Shown piece by piece: positions 22,201 to 30,420 of a stretch of 64,000 nucleotides of DNA. The DNA is taken from NCBI GenBank assembly GCA_044892525.1, contig CM097887.1, positions 107,362,397 to 107,426,396 of the forward strand, in the 5' to 3' direction. The notes under the pieces are model-generated. The model was given only the letters and a program-made list of their open reading frames with translations. It did no database searches and had not been told where the DNA came from. The stretch comes from Schmidtea polychroa. Lineage: Eukaryota. Numbering within the stretch: the first letter of the stretch is position 1; every line of letters starts with the position of its first letter. A program made the position numbers and the translations under genes.

Positions 22201-25200
22201 CATTTATCGTTCCCGTTATCATCGTCGTCACTATCGCTGTTAGATGATTGGCTTCTAAATCGGTCCAAGAATTTTGGCTTATTCTTTTTCAATTGTCGTC
22301 TTGTTGCTTCATCGTACATTACTTTCCGGAATCGTCTGCCTACTTCCTCGTCGGTTCCTTTAATCTTTGTTAATATTTTAATCAATCGCTTTATCCGATG
22401 AATGTCTTTTGAGTGACCATGTAATACCATGGTTTTAGCTAAAAATGGTAAGAAGCCTACTATCATTTTCCAGTTAACTTTCTTTTCCCGCTTGTATATA
22501 TCGAAACAAGCTAACATTTGTGTTAGTATTACTCTGACTATCTGAATTATGAGTATGATCCCTAATATCCCGGCCATCATTTGTCCAAAAACTAAGAATC
22601 TTCCCCACATTGCTTTCATCATGTTTGACGTAGCTTGTTGAAAATGGTCTGGCGATAATAGCAGCTCGTAATTCGGGCCTGATTGATAATTTGTGCCCCC
22701 AGTTATTGTAACCATATTAGACAAAATGGATTCTCGTCTGGCTGGAAAGAGTACGTTAAGTCGTGCTGTTTCTAGATCTTCCGGGGAATACATACCACCG
22801 TTTGACACGTCTATAGGTTTGAAATCCAGCTCTGTGGCGAGTTCTATTAATCCAAATTTCTTGGGCTCCTCGGATATGGTTTTTCCCGGTAACATCATCC
22901 ATTTCCCATCGGGCCTTTCATATAAAGGTCCGTATGCATTAGAACAGTTAAAGAGATTTGGGTAGAAACCCACTGGATTCATAATTCTAGTGACTGGTTG
23001 GACGAATCGATTTTGTCCTTTATAACGGATTTCTAATTCATTTGCACATCTCTTTTCGGGTAGTATGGATTTTTCTGGCATTCGTGCATACGTCTTGGTA
23101 CACTGGTATGTGTACATCACTTCTCCTACCATTCTACCAAAGTGTCCATCTGGTAATGGGAGTGATGGCATCGTGTTATCTGGGTGCGTTATCGCAATAG
23201 CTAGCTTTGTTTTCAATATTTCTTTATTTAATGAACAATCGTTTTGTATTAGATCGTAATATACTTTTTGCAAGGTCGTTTGTCCGCGATGAAATAGAAA
23301 ATCCATTTTATTATTTGCATATAAGTATAGTTTTACGTCCTCCGTTGCTATCTTTCCCACTGCTCTATCGATTATTTGTCTCGACATATAGATACCTGCG
23401 TAATTGGTTTTATATACTATACTGTCACATTTGGTGGTTTCTTTCTCTTTGATAAATCTCATACCTAGATCTGGATCGTCTGTGATTAATGCTGTTGGTG
23501 TCTTCTGCGTTGAAAGTCTCTTTTCTCTGGGAGATGGTGGCATTGGTTTTCCATTTCGCATTCTCACTCTGTCGTTTCCATCCTCGTCGTTCTCGTTCTC
23601 ATATATTTCTCCTTTTACTTCATTGAACAAAGCACTTTTTAACAGTTGGAGTCGGCATTTTTGGGTATTAGCTTCATAGATTATAGTTGATACTCCTGTC
23701 CTGCATACGTTTTCTGTAGCTTTACACGCTGGGTTGGTCTTCATTTGGTAATTATTTGCGTCAAATTGCGCTTCGTATTCTTTTAATTCGACCGTGTAAG
23801 ACTCGATCACTACAACTCCCGATATTACCTCGCCTCGGATCGTATACGTACCTCCGTTACATGACCCATCTGATGATTTTACTTTTCCGGATACGTAAAC
23901 ACTTTCGGTTTTAATCATTCCAGTTTGTCCGTGAATTGTCACTCCGTTATGCATTTTTAGCGCTCCGGTTCTAAATAGCTCTTTACAATCCTCTCGTTGT
24001 ATTGATACGATTTCCTTATCCAGACCGGGTAGTATAAGAGTCGAATACGAATATTGTCCACAGTAATATGCGAGTACCTTTTTTGATACTACGCATTCCC
24101 TTGCTTGCGTTCTGATGAAATCTGATTCTTGATATACATGGTAAGTAACTTTTGTTCTCACGATGTCCAATTTGTTGGGTGAGGCTTGTCTGCATTCTTC
24201 TATGTCTCTCAATGAGTATTTATCTCTCATTATCATATTATCACAATCGTAGATGGTGAAGCCTGTTGCTCCACTTGTGCACAACATCCATATCATCATA
24301 GTCATCATTAACGAATTTATTGATGCTTTTCTGCTTGCGGGATCTTTCATCGGTAGTTCCCATTCTAGTTCATTTAACAGTTTTTTCAATCTAACTTGCA
24401 TCGACCTTTCTTGCTCATTTTTCCGTGGCGCTTGTATTAGTCTTTTCCATCCTCCTGCACGAATAATATGTGGTTCAATAGTATTCTCTATGATTGAAAC
24501 GGTCATTTCCACAGGATTTGCAAACTGTTTATTTGGTATTTTCCTCGCAGCTAGTCCCATCAAATTATACATCAAATACGTGATTACCACTAGGTGATGT
24601 TCGTCATCATTTGCATTTGTCGTGAGCTGCTCAATCACTCTCTTTGTTTCGTCCCAATCCGTTTTGGTGGTTTTCGTTTTCTCTTTGATTAACTTTGGGA
24701 TTATCCCCGAAATGGTGTGCCATAATTGTCTAGCTTCCGTACTGGCTACTTTCCGTTGCCACAAACGTCTAAGTTGTGGGTTTGTTATTATTAACATATC
24801 TTTTAACAATTCTCGTATCCATTTTTCTCCTCTTTCGATCGTTGGTTGGGCTTCCTTTAGATCCCATACTATCTTATCCAATTTTTCTAATCGAACTTGC
24901 CCTTGTTCTTGCTTTAATTGTTCTTTGGTTTTGAACTCAGATTTTTCTCCTTGTTTCTTAGGTCTTCCTTTTGCCCGTTTTTCCATCATCGTTCCGGCTT
25001 CTCTGGTATTTTCGTAATTCGGATTTCTTTCGTTATCCGTTCTGGGTAATGAGCTATCGTTATTTCTTAGCCACTCATTCCATTCGTCTATTATTTTGTC
25101 GGTTTGACTTTCTGGTGTTACTTTCGTTGGTTCTCTTTGCTTCTGGAATTGTTCATCCGTTTCGGTTTCCGTAGTATTGTCGATGATTTCTTTGATGTTC

Positions 25201-28200
25201 AGTTTCGTTGGTTGTTGATAACTCGTTGATGGCTGGTTATTAGTCCACATTTCGGCTCCTGTCGGCCATTTCACTAATAGCGGTGATCTTTCTCCTGGTT
25301 CATCGTCACTATCTTCCAGGATTATCTCTTCAACTTCTTCAGTTTCATTAGATTTACTTGGTGCTTTGTTCGGACTTGGAGTACTCAAACTGCCTTTTGT
25401 TGGTTTAATAATTTTACTTTTCCTTTTTAACGGTTTCCCCAACGTTTCTGCCATCGTTAATACATTTGTCTCTTCCAATCTCATGGGTGTTATCCCGACG
25501 TCTGCATTATCGTCTAGTGATTTTCCGAACAGTTGCAGATGGAATGGAGTTTCATATGCTAATTTCTTTTTTAATTCTCTAATTTTTGTTGTTGGATGCA
25601 CCTCTAGTTCCTCGATGCTCTTGTCCGGATACTTGATTCGGATGTGATACCTCTCCTGGGTGTCTTGTGCCCATTCCTGATTTCTCCATTTTCGAATAAT
25701 TTGTTCTAGCTGTTCTGGATACCATTCATTATATTGCCGGTATTCCTCTATTGCCTTTGCCATTCCTCTCAGATTGTGGATATTCTCTGATGTTTTTAAG
25801 ATGATATTAGCCAACGCTACTACCTGGCGTTTTTGATTTTTCGCTCCCATTGCTAAAATATCGCCTAATTGTTTATATCTTTCTTTCTCTTCTCGTTCTC
25901 TTGCTTCCGCCGCTTCCTCGCCGTCCATATCAGCATATTCCCGTTCCTTTTTCCTCATTGCATGAATATGTCTCGCTTCATTTTCGCTTTCTGATGTGAC
26001 ATCCGTCTCGCTTTCGTCATCTGATGTCTGTCCCCTTGCTTCCTCTTCATATTCTGGGGGTTCCTCTTCTTCTTCCTCCGATTCACTTTCTGTCTCACCG
26101 ATGTCTGTTTCCACGAAGGTTCCTTTCCGGATTTCCCATTCCTTACTTTCTGCATTCCACACTCTTTCCCATGGGGTTCGTCTGCAGGATCTGGTGCTTA
26201 ATTTCGTGATTTTTCCTTGTAGTTCTTTTTCTTTTAACCATTGTTGGTGGATTTCAATTAGTTCTATAGATTTTCGATATAACGTTTTCATCCGGTCTCG
26301 TATTTCTTTTTGATAGGTTACATCTCTTGTTCGAAATTCATCCATTGGTACTATCCTGATTATCTGGTGATTGTCCCACATACCCATTTCGCTTAACGAG
26401 GTGTCGTCCTCCGCTCGTAATATTATCTTATCGTACATCATGACTACATCATCCACCATACCATCACTACTTTCGCTACGTACCTTTTCCGTTATCTCTT
26501 GGTTTATTTTTGATACCAAGTCATCTACTGTACTCTGATTGCTCATTTTTATTCGTCGTTTTTCTTCGTTCGGTAACCATATGGTTATTTCCAACCTCTG
26601 TGGCTGGGTTTCTTTTAACCTTCCATATTTGTGGATCAAATTTATGGTTCTCCAATCACTCATTCGGAGCATTTCTGTATCTCGCAACCGGCTCATTAGT
26701 TCGTACATGGCTGGGGCTCGTCTGGTGATGAGTAAATCCCAGTTGTCTTCTACTTGTTCTTGAATTTGTTTGATCAGCTTATCCAGGTTTCGTCTCAGAG
26801 TACATTGTTTTATTTGTTCTAATTTCAATTTGATATTAAAATCATATTCTGCCTTGGCATCTTTAGCCCAATCGTAAAAATTGGCTGGTTGTTTTTCTTT
26901 ATGCAACTTCAGTATTTGCGTTTCTCCTGGCCATATTAGTGCATCTACTAAGTGCATATCTGGTTTGATCTGTTCTCCTTGGTATTGATACAGATATTCT
27001 TTCTTTCTCGAACTTCCCAAATGTTCTCGTATCCAATCGAAAAGTTCGTCGGTGACTGTATTTTTTATCCACATTCTTTCAAGTCCTCTACTCGTTCCAA
27101 TTTTTATTACATACCGCGTGGTATCGGCCTGCTTCATTTTTTCCATATAATTTTTTATAATTGATTTTTCCTCGTTTGGTATTAGATCTTTCTCGTTTCT
27201 TTCCAATTTCATCACTTTTTGCACGAATCGCCTGAATGGTATTACGTCAATGAACTCTTGGTTCCTCACTACTACTGGGAGTATTTCCGCTACTTGTTTT
27301 ATCGCTTCCTCCTTCCCTTTTCTCAACTTCATTTCGATATCCTCGTCTTCACTTTCGCTGGTTATCTCGCTTTCGCCTTCTTCCTCTTTGATTTCCCCTT
27401 TTGGAGGTTCGCTTATTTCATTCAGCTGTAGTATTTCTCCACCCAAACTACTTACATAGTCTTCTTCCTCGTCTGATGATGCTACATCTTTTGTCCTTTT
27501 CATCATATTGATTTGCAAGTTTCTCATCCTTGGTACTCTCTTTAGTTTCTTTCTTTCGAATCTCGTTGTTTCTTCTGATTCTAATTCCTGTAGCATTTGG
27601 TGGTTTAGTTGACTGGTTTGTTCCTTGCTCTTGTTATTTTCATCTTCTGTCTCGGCTTTCGCTTTATTATGTTCTTTTTCGATTTTATCTTTTATCTTTT
27701 TCCAGAATATTTTCTGAATTCTCTGGTTTCCTTTTAAAATCGTGGTTGAATTCTCTGTTTTCATTTCCGTTGTTATTTCTTTTACCTTTTCTGGTTCAGT
27801 CATGGGTACTACCCTTGGGCTTTTCCCGTAATTGTAGCAATACTGGCTCTTCATGTCTTTTACTAACTTCATCATATTTATTCGCAATGGTTGTTCTTGT
27901 CGTTGTTGGTTGCGTTCTTGTTTTATCCTCTCTTCCTCGGCCTGTAGCCTTTGCCATTCTTGTACATGTTGATGCACTTCATAATTGTTGAGATTTTCGG
28001 TACTCCTCATCATACGTATATTCTGGGTTTGTTGTGGTGCTGATTCTTGTCTTGGTCTCATCATTTGTTGCATCATCTGTTTCATCTGCGAAATTTCCTG
28101 CATAACGTTCATTTGTTTTCCTTCGTTAGGGTTACTTTGTCGTTGCGGATTCGCTATATAATTATTGTTTCGCTGTGGTGGTCGTTGTTGTTGGCCCCTT

Positions 28201-29111
28201 TCTCGGCAATCTCTGGAGATGTGACCTGGCTGACCACAGTTAAAACAGCCTCGCAATTGGCATACATTTTCGGTATGTCCACGCCGTCCGCAACGATTAC
28301 AATTTGAATTTCTATAACAATCTCTGTCCCAGTGTCCTGATTTACCGCATGTTCGGCACTGCTTGTTATCGTTCATATTTCGCCGATTATTGAAATTGTT
28401 CTCATTATTCGGGTTGTTACGATTACCATTATTCCCGTTTGATCGTCCTTGTGGTGGTTTGAAAATTTGGTGCGCTCCTGGTATAAATTGATTCATTTTC
28501 GGTTCTTGATTGTTGTTATCTCCGTTATCTGCTTTCGCTATTGCTGTCGCTATCCTTCCCTCCTCTTGCATAATATTCATTTGAGCTGGAAGGTGGAGCT
28601 CGCATCTTGTAGCCCAATCTATGGCTTCCTCTAATGTTTTGCACATTTGACAACCTACTGAGGCTCTTACTTCTTCTCGGCGTAATCCCTCTATGAAATA
28701 ACCGATCAGATTTTCTTCGGGTAATTTTCCATTCATTGCTTTCTTTGCTAATCTCCGCAATTCACTGGCATATAATGTTATCGATTCGTTTGCTCTTTGT
28801 TTCCTATTTGCTAGTTCGCCCAACGCCTGGTTGATTGGCTTACTGGCTCCGAAGGTTTTCTTCAGGAATGTTTTAATATCTTCCCACTTTTCTAATTTCG
28901 TGTCTCTCTCTTTAGCTTCTAAATATACCTCTAATGCACTATCGCACAAAAACAACGGCATCCTTTTACTAATTGCTTCGGGTGTCCATCCACACACAGT
29001 GATATAAACTTCAAAATTAGTTATGAACGTTGCTAGCTTGTTTGCATTTCCGTTGAACGGTTCTCCTCTGAACTTCTCTTTATACTCGTCGGTTTTTACG
29101 ACATTCGTCAT
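15258..29111 (-). CDS. 4,617-aa Gag-UBL-Bcl2like-Env-Pol-ankyrin-membrane polyprotein
   Basis: Single ORF without stops. Gag capsid, three CCHC knuckles, protease DTG, RT YIDD, RNase H TDAS, integrase HHCC/DDE/GPY are all in frame. Confidence 0.97.
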   Translation of the reverse strand: MTNVVKTDEYKEKFRGEPFNGNANKLATFITNFEVYITVCGWTPEAISKRMPLFLCDSALEVYLEAKERDTKLEKWEDIKTFLKKTFGASKPINQALGELANRKQRANESITLYASELRRLAKKAMNGKLPEENLIGYFIEGLRREEVRASVGCQMCKTLEEAIDWATRCELHLPAQMNIMQEEGRIATAIAKADNGDNNNQEPKMNQFIPGAHQIFKPPQGRSNGNNGNRNNPNNENNFNNRRNMNDNKQCRTCGKSGHWDRDCYRNSNCNRCGRRGHTENVCQLRGCFNCGQPGHISRDCRERGQQQRPPQRNNNYIANPQRQSNPNEGKQMNVMQEISQMKQMMQQMMRPRQESAPQQTQNIRMMRSTENLNNYEVHQHVQEWQRLQAEEERIKQERNQQRQEQPLRINMMKLVKDMKSQYCYNYGKSPRVVPMTEPEKVKEITTEMKTENSTTILKGNQRIQKIFWKKIKDKIEKEHNKAKAETEDENNKSKEQTSQLNHQMLQELESEETTRFERKKLKRVPRMRNLQINMMKRTKDVASSDEEEDYVSSLGGEILQLNEISEPPKGEIKEEEGESEITSESEDEDIEMKLRKGKEEAIKQVAEILPVVVRNQEFIDVIPFRRFVQKVMKLERNEKDLIPNEEKSIIKNYMEKMKQADTTRYVIKIGTSRGLERMWIKNTVTDELFDWIREHLGSSRKKEYLYQYQGEQIKPDMHLVDALIWPGETQILKLHKEKQPANFYDWAKDAKAEYDFNIKLKLEQIKQCTLRRNLDKLIKQIQEQVEDNWDLLITRRAPAMYELMSRLRDTEMLRMSDWRTINLIHKYGRLKETQPQRLEITIWLPNEEKRRIKMSNQSTVDDLVSKINQEITEKVRSESSDGMVDDVVMMYDKIILRAEDDTSLSEMGMWDNHQIIRIVPMDEFRTRDVTYQKEIRDRMKTLYRKSIELIEIHQQWLKEKELQGKITKLSTRSCRRTPWERVWNAESKEWEIRKGTFVETDIGETESESEEEEEEPPEYEEEARGQTSDDESETDVTSESENEARHIHAMRKKEREYADMDGEEAAEAREREEKERYKQLGDILAMGAKNQKRQVVALANIILKTSENIHNLRGMAKAIEEYRQYNEWYPEQLEQIIRKWRNQEWAQDTQERYHIRIKYPDKSIEELEVHPTTKIRELKKKLAYETPFHLQLFGKSLDDNADVGITPMRLEETNVLTMAETLGKPLKRKSKIIKPTKGSLSTPSPNKAPSKSNETEEVEEIILEDSDDEPGERSPLLVKWPTGAEMWTNNQPSTSYQQPTKLNIKEIIDNTTETETDEQFQKQREPTKVTPESQTDKIIDEWNEWLRNNDSSLPRTDNERNPNYENTREAGTMMEKRAKGRPKKQGEKSEFKTKEQLKQEQGQVRLEKLDKIVWDLKEAQPTIERGEKWIRELLKDMLIITNPQLRRLWQRKVASTEARQLWHTISGIIPKLIKEKTKTTKTDWDETKRVIEQLTTNANDDEHHLVVITYLMYNLMGLAARKIPNKQFANPVEMTVSIIENTIEPHIIRAGGWKRLIQAPRKNEQERSMQVRLKKLLNELEWELPMKDPASRKASINSLMMTMMIWMLCTSGATGFTIYDCDNMIMRDKYSLRDIEECRQASPNKLDIVRTKVTYHVYQESDFIRTQARECVVSKKVLAYYCGQYSYSTLILPGLDKEIVSIQREDCKELFRTGALKMHNGVTIHGQTGMIKTESVYVSGKVKSSDGSCNGGTYTIRGEVISGVVVIESYTVELKEYEAQFDANNYQMKTNPACKATENVCRTGVSTIIYEANTQKCRLQLLKSALFNEVKGEIYENENDEDGNDRVRMRNGKPMPPSPREKRLSTQKTPTALITDDPDLGMRFIKEKETTKCDSIVYKTNYAGIYMSRQIIDRAVGKIATEDVKLYLYANNKMDFLFHRGQTTLQKVYYDLIQNDCSLNKEILKTKLAIAITHPDNTMPSLPLPDGHFGRMVGEVMYTYQCTKTYARMPEKSILPEKRCANELEIRYKGQNRFVQPVTRIMNPVGFYPNLFNCSNAYGPLYERPDGKWMMLPGKTISEEPKKFGLIELATELDFKPIDVSNGGMYSPEDLETARLNVLFPARRESILSNMVTITGGTNYQSGPNYELLLSPDHFQQATSNMMKAMWGRFLVFGQMMAGILGIILIIQIVRVILTQMLACFDIYKREKKVNWKMIVGFLPFLAKTMVLHGHSKDIHRIKRLIKILTKIKGTDEEVGRRFRKVMYDEATRRQLKKNKPKFLDRFRSQSSNSDSDDDDNGNDKCLYPNRNPNEKPMETAPYWEKEKTNTWIANGSYIPPDIVGPQTALTMTQNMYPQLPSQPGMHYMPTRRTKSVDQADDVRTIAAMSLPGGPAVTVMIQINGKETNAMIDTGANVSAIAINQIPSKHWKDIESTTIHIIACSKETVDVVGRWWTTLRYQDNEIETYLAVIPKLSVPCIIGTDLMPELLKEVVIDLTTMCLKDKTGRICKMNAVIRCPEKIIVPAKSQMICQIKVDTGMEGEVIFEPSKSFEKRRELPLAREIITINQEGVIPLNITNFEEEDKIIYENEKLGRLTPMMDIELPKVTNEMIKDDELWTIDSMLLTNDEKKKLHRLLVEYKDIFAISDLDLGTCDVTLHAIPLIDETPIALRPYKLAEMQKEIAEAEVQKMLDAKVIEPSCSPWQFPVVMVKKKDGTQRFCIDYRKLNAVTKRDTYPLPDINEMLLMLQGAAYFTSLDLKSGYWQIKVKDEDKEKTAFTLGRDLYQFRKMPFGLTNAPASFQRCMNFVTHGIKQCMVYIDDLLIYSATFEQHLEDIRNVFIRLRQWKLKLKPSKCDWAKEKVTFLGHIVSAKGKEPDPRNIEKIKTCPAPKTVTQVQEFLGLCGYYRKFIKNYAGIAKPIQELVKKDISFIWEKEQQQAFETLRDKLIEAPILVHPDFKKPFLLATDASGYAAGAILGQLDDEGKERVIGYYSRTFKKHEKNYSVTEREALAIIQAIKHFRYLLWGHEICITTDHQPLVWLGQHKEASSRLMRWAMQLQEYSPFIKFKAGRANANADCMSRFIFPDLVDSEMQRICLIVAEDLDFCQLRKDQQEDAELKQIIDYVKTGKTEVYAKDQKLKEHMDKHRHRYIIEKDWLLIMDGEKRLMCIPENRRKELLTQYHDGRLGGHMSSKKTLARMKQKYFWPTLTEDVTEWVKNCLTCATRKNTGSKWKAPLTPMPVPIEPMTMISMDVVGPLPESDKGNVYILVITDFLTKFPEAFAMPDQKAKTIAKILVEEICCRYGTPKQILTDQGTNFMSEIMSEVTNYFKIAKLRTSPYHPQTNGMTERFNGTLIQMLSNYVDRHQRDWDEYINLCLMAYRMSIHASTKMSPFKLMYGRECNMPMDLEYQPPISQYMEIDDYVTKFKERMQEIWETAGLNIKFYQESYKDLHDRKKNVKQHTFQTGDWVMIETPELIPGTTKKLQRNGKGPYEILFVGETNVRVKLVNNPFTRPIYVNVARCKSIPKTATSQPEGRTLTTRSQTYRMNMMQQLAEPITGRLGIQPSEAEKIVKEVKIRIPGWAKDRLDFEILGGLLTMIENYANRERTHPLLRVVKSQWPILFTITDHYGDTPLHKLMKVGNNEQILETIEAFHDCKRSTEQTNNQGYTPLMIAANRGKTKDIITALLDTGSKITTQDHERKNALHHAIEGRSTEAFTSLMELLSYEDNREVGNMYDGLLTAIKEKLTTITGILITWRDPIRNDYMINVNEAFTRGENTLMREAMKGHQLFEIPNQLLERGIKFTNHKDEQLAKKRIDTFEKSLFQFTNQVRNKYWETVSVLYMMDTMNNIRENYLDIIQILTAEERINNPNGKKTKIRYEKSRESKSTTNQTVTNNVIETKSMSIDQEAIIRKAKEVFFEEMLELPDEIILSKIIKAVHTYARDQTTGLDIGKIKTFLPRAFTMVTKDSRTPLQQAILAAKENRAITIVRILGEMGEETNTKNEQGETAMMYAAITKIHPKTLHILHQSGSKLDEKSNEGNSTLDWATIQPNLEMIRFICKNATKEEVENMCKNTSQFQWNAVRKNLEAMKLLLTWRVPPNNKYAINVNEFYENGENAMVKNTLTKGGTPKIILVVLNREDLKFTQNQNEQQRIGKHRRMQLRELVKEWNRKRHAATGRKEFEFEAKLARNRVLTAYRRLLNDINVEDDILNDSEGDKHDDNNGKGRKEDKEKREPEEGKPENKDSDTKREGNSPRTKTKEEEKSNNGKQRVCLPFTNKEIETNMILMIIMLTMIELVTAQGGTRTIKETKEAENQDSKEDELKQEKRKQAQEQQWDLKEEWDLKEKCILGRCMSRAYQKLVLINEDTEPITEVRIQEAYRNRDGKRITNVKGKEVHLGKGGEVVITQIQPRKEHKVCISRLGPGERCHQYVTQQQPPKEYTVCIWRNESKRECRRYPGKRGRKRKNHDEKNEGGKHKKTGEEAQDNYVSEEEMEKIQKMAKEGMNEEIARIREMMKGNGKRGNERSTEAISTLTNKEKPESISVKQMMWISGIIITGAFLIITGGTIKIIKDKRHRGELEMTRIRNFQHRVKRPSDIKQEQWVEAWNAQRPPNSRI
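16670..18240 (-). other. Two tandem ankyrin-repeat modules downstream of integrase
   Basis: GDTPLH, GYTPLMIAA, KNALHHAI (about 17700-18240) and RTPLQQAI, GETAMMYAA, GNSTLDWAT (about 16670-17220). Both modules end in a similar WRxPxxNxYxINVNExxxxGEN block. Confidence 0.88.
18560..19580 (-). other. Integrase domain (HHCC, DDE core, GPY/F)
   Basis: HDGRLGGH...NCLTC; ISMDVVGPLP; ILTDQGTNF; NGMTERFNGTL; GKGPYEI. Confidence 0.97.
19880..21210 (-). other. Reverse transcriptase and RNase H domains
   Basis: RFCIDYRKLN, LDLKSGYWQI, MPFGLTNAPASFQR, YIDD (20652-20663), FLLATDASG, YSVTEREALA, TDHQPL. Confidence 0.97.
21640..21935 (-). other. Aspartic protease domain
   Basis: AMIDTGANVSAI (DTG at 21873-21881) and IIGTDLM. 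Confidence 0.95.
22410..24260 (-). other. Envelope glycoprotein domain, chuvirus-G-like / class III fusion-protein-like
   Basis: Follows a signal-like segment (about 24262-24325) and starts FTIYDC. Cys pattern ECVV..YYCG..DC..GSC..C..C; REKR furin-type site at 23517-23528; GEVMYTYQC...RCANELEIRY...RFVQPVTRI...NCS block; TM MAGILGIILIIQIVRVIL. Confidence 0.8.
24430..24895 (-). other. Candidate Bcl-2-like helical domain
   Basis: IENTIEPHIIRAGGWKRLIQ resembles the BH2 motif (Bcl-xL HLEPWIQENGGWDTFV), preceded at BH1-like spacing by TKRVIEQLTTNANDDEHHLVVITYLMYNL; canonical NWGR is absent. Confidence 0.55.
25450..27120 (-). other. Three ubiquitin-like domains (about 26900-27120, 26350-26600, 25450-25655)
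   Basis: Third: HIRIKYPDKSIEELEVHPTTKIRELKKKL...LFGKSLDD, versus ubiquitin LEVEPSDTIENVKAKI...FAGKQLED. Second: ITIWLPNEEKRRIKMSNQSTVDDLVSKI. First (weaker): YQGEQIKPDMHLVDALIWPGETQIL. Confidence 0.65.
28206..29111 (-). other. Gag capsid-like domain plus three CCHC zinc knuckles (28206-28358)
   Basis: EPFNGNANKLATFITNFE...W...FIEGL; CRTCGKSGHWDRDC, CNRCGRRGHTENVC, CFNCGQPGHISRDC. Confidence 0.93.
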
Positions 29112-30420
29112 GATTGGTGTTCTAGGTTCGTCTGTTTCTTTTAAATTGTCTAACGATGTGACTAAACTTTGGGCTGATAATTCCTCGGTTGACGTTGCTA
29201 AACTATTAGTGATATCGGACAGACTTTCTCTACTTCGAGATCGACTAGGGGTATATCCGAGATTTTCTTGGTCAAATATGGGTACTTGATTGGTTCTTCT
29301 GGATCCTTGTGATATTCCTCTTTGATGTTTAATGGATCGTCCTCTTTTGAGTTGTTGTAATTCGTCTCCTGAAAATAATACGTCTCCTGGCTTACTAGAA
29401 GATCTAAGATTGGGTTTATCCGTGATTCCTTTCTTACGCTTCTTGGTAATTAGCGGCTATTGAATCGGACGCGTTCGGTTCTGATTGTGTTTCCTTCGAT
29501 AAATATTCTGTATGAATCTGCTACTGAGATCCTGAGGAGATTTACTAATTCCTGGCAGATGGCTGCTAATACTTCTTCCGTTCTGGAGTCTTCCGGTTGC
29601 TGTGTCTCTCGGTGCGGGTTCTGAATGGATTTATCCTTGGTTGATTGTCGATTTTCTTCGAATTCCTTTTGTGCAGGTTCTGGATTGTCTTGGTTGGCTG
29701 GATTGGCTTGATATCTAAAATGAAAAAATGATCTCGTGTTGCATTTGCTTACACGACTTCATCATTCTTTCTACAACATTCAAAAACAGACACCTTTTAG
29801 GTTTCTGTTTGTGCTTCCCCTATCTTTTGTGAAATCCTGTCTGCGGTTTATAATATCCCATCAGCCCGTATTTTCCGTCGATTTTAAATTATCTATATGG
29901 GGTAGTAACAATTATCTATAAAGTCGTAATAATTATCTATTCGTTATCAATTATAGTAAAAATAGGTCGTTGTCGGTCTCTGCTTATTACCCCCCTTTCA
30001 TTTTCCTAATCCTTTTGCGCTGTTGTCGCTATTTTACTTTTCATATTCACTATTATTACGCTCGGTTCTACTCTGGAACCAATAAAATGCATTTTCCCGG
30101 TTTAACAAAAAAAATATTCCGTAGAGTTTCTCTACTTCACTGGGATCCCTTTAATTAGTTAGTTACTTTCCTCTTTACTCATTATCATCATTTCATCTAT
30201 TCTTTATTTTCTATTGTCTCTTTAATTCGTTTCCTTCTTCCCTTTCCTTTTTCATTATAATCTTATTTTCTTTTCCACGAGCTCGTTTATTTCCTCTCTA
30301 AACTCGAATTTTCAAAATTACATTCAATTTGTTCTAGCTAGCTTTAATATTCCATATCACTAGTAATTTAAATATTATCTCATTGTAGCTTAACTGCTAT
30401 CTCTCGCTTTTCTAGGCCTT

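Noticed and set aside
15316-29289. Dozens of plus-strand ORFs (60-153 aa) antisense to the polyprotein
   Set aside because: Shadow ORFs of an A-rich coding strand: F/S/L-rich, no motifs, mostly non-ATG starts.
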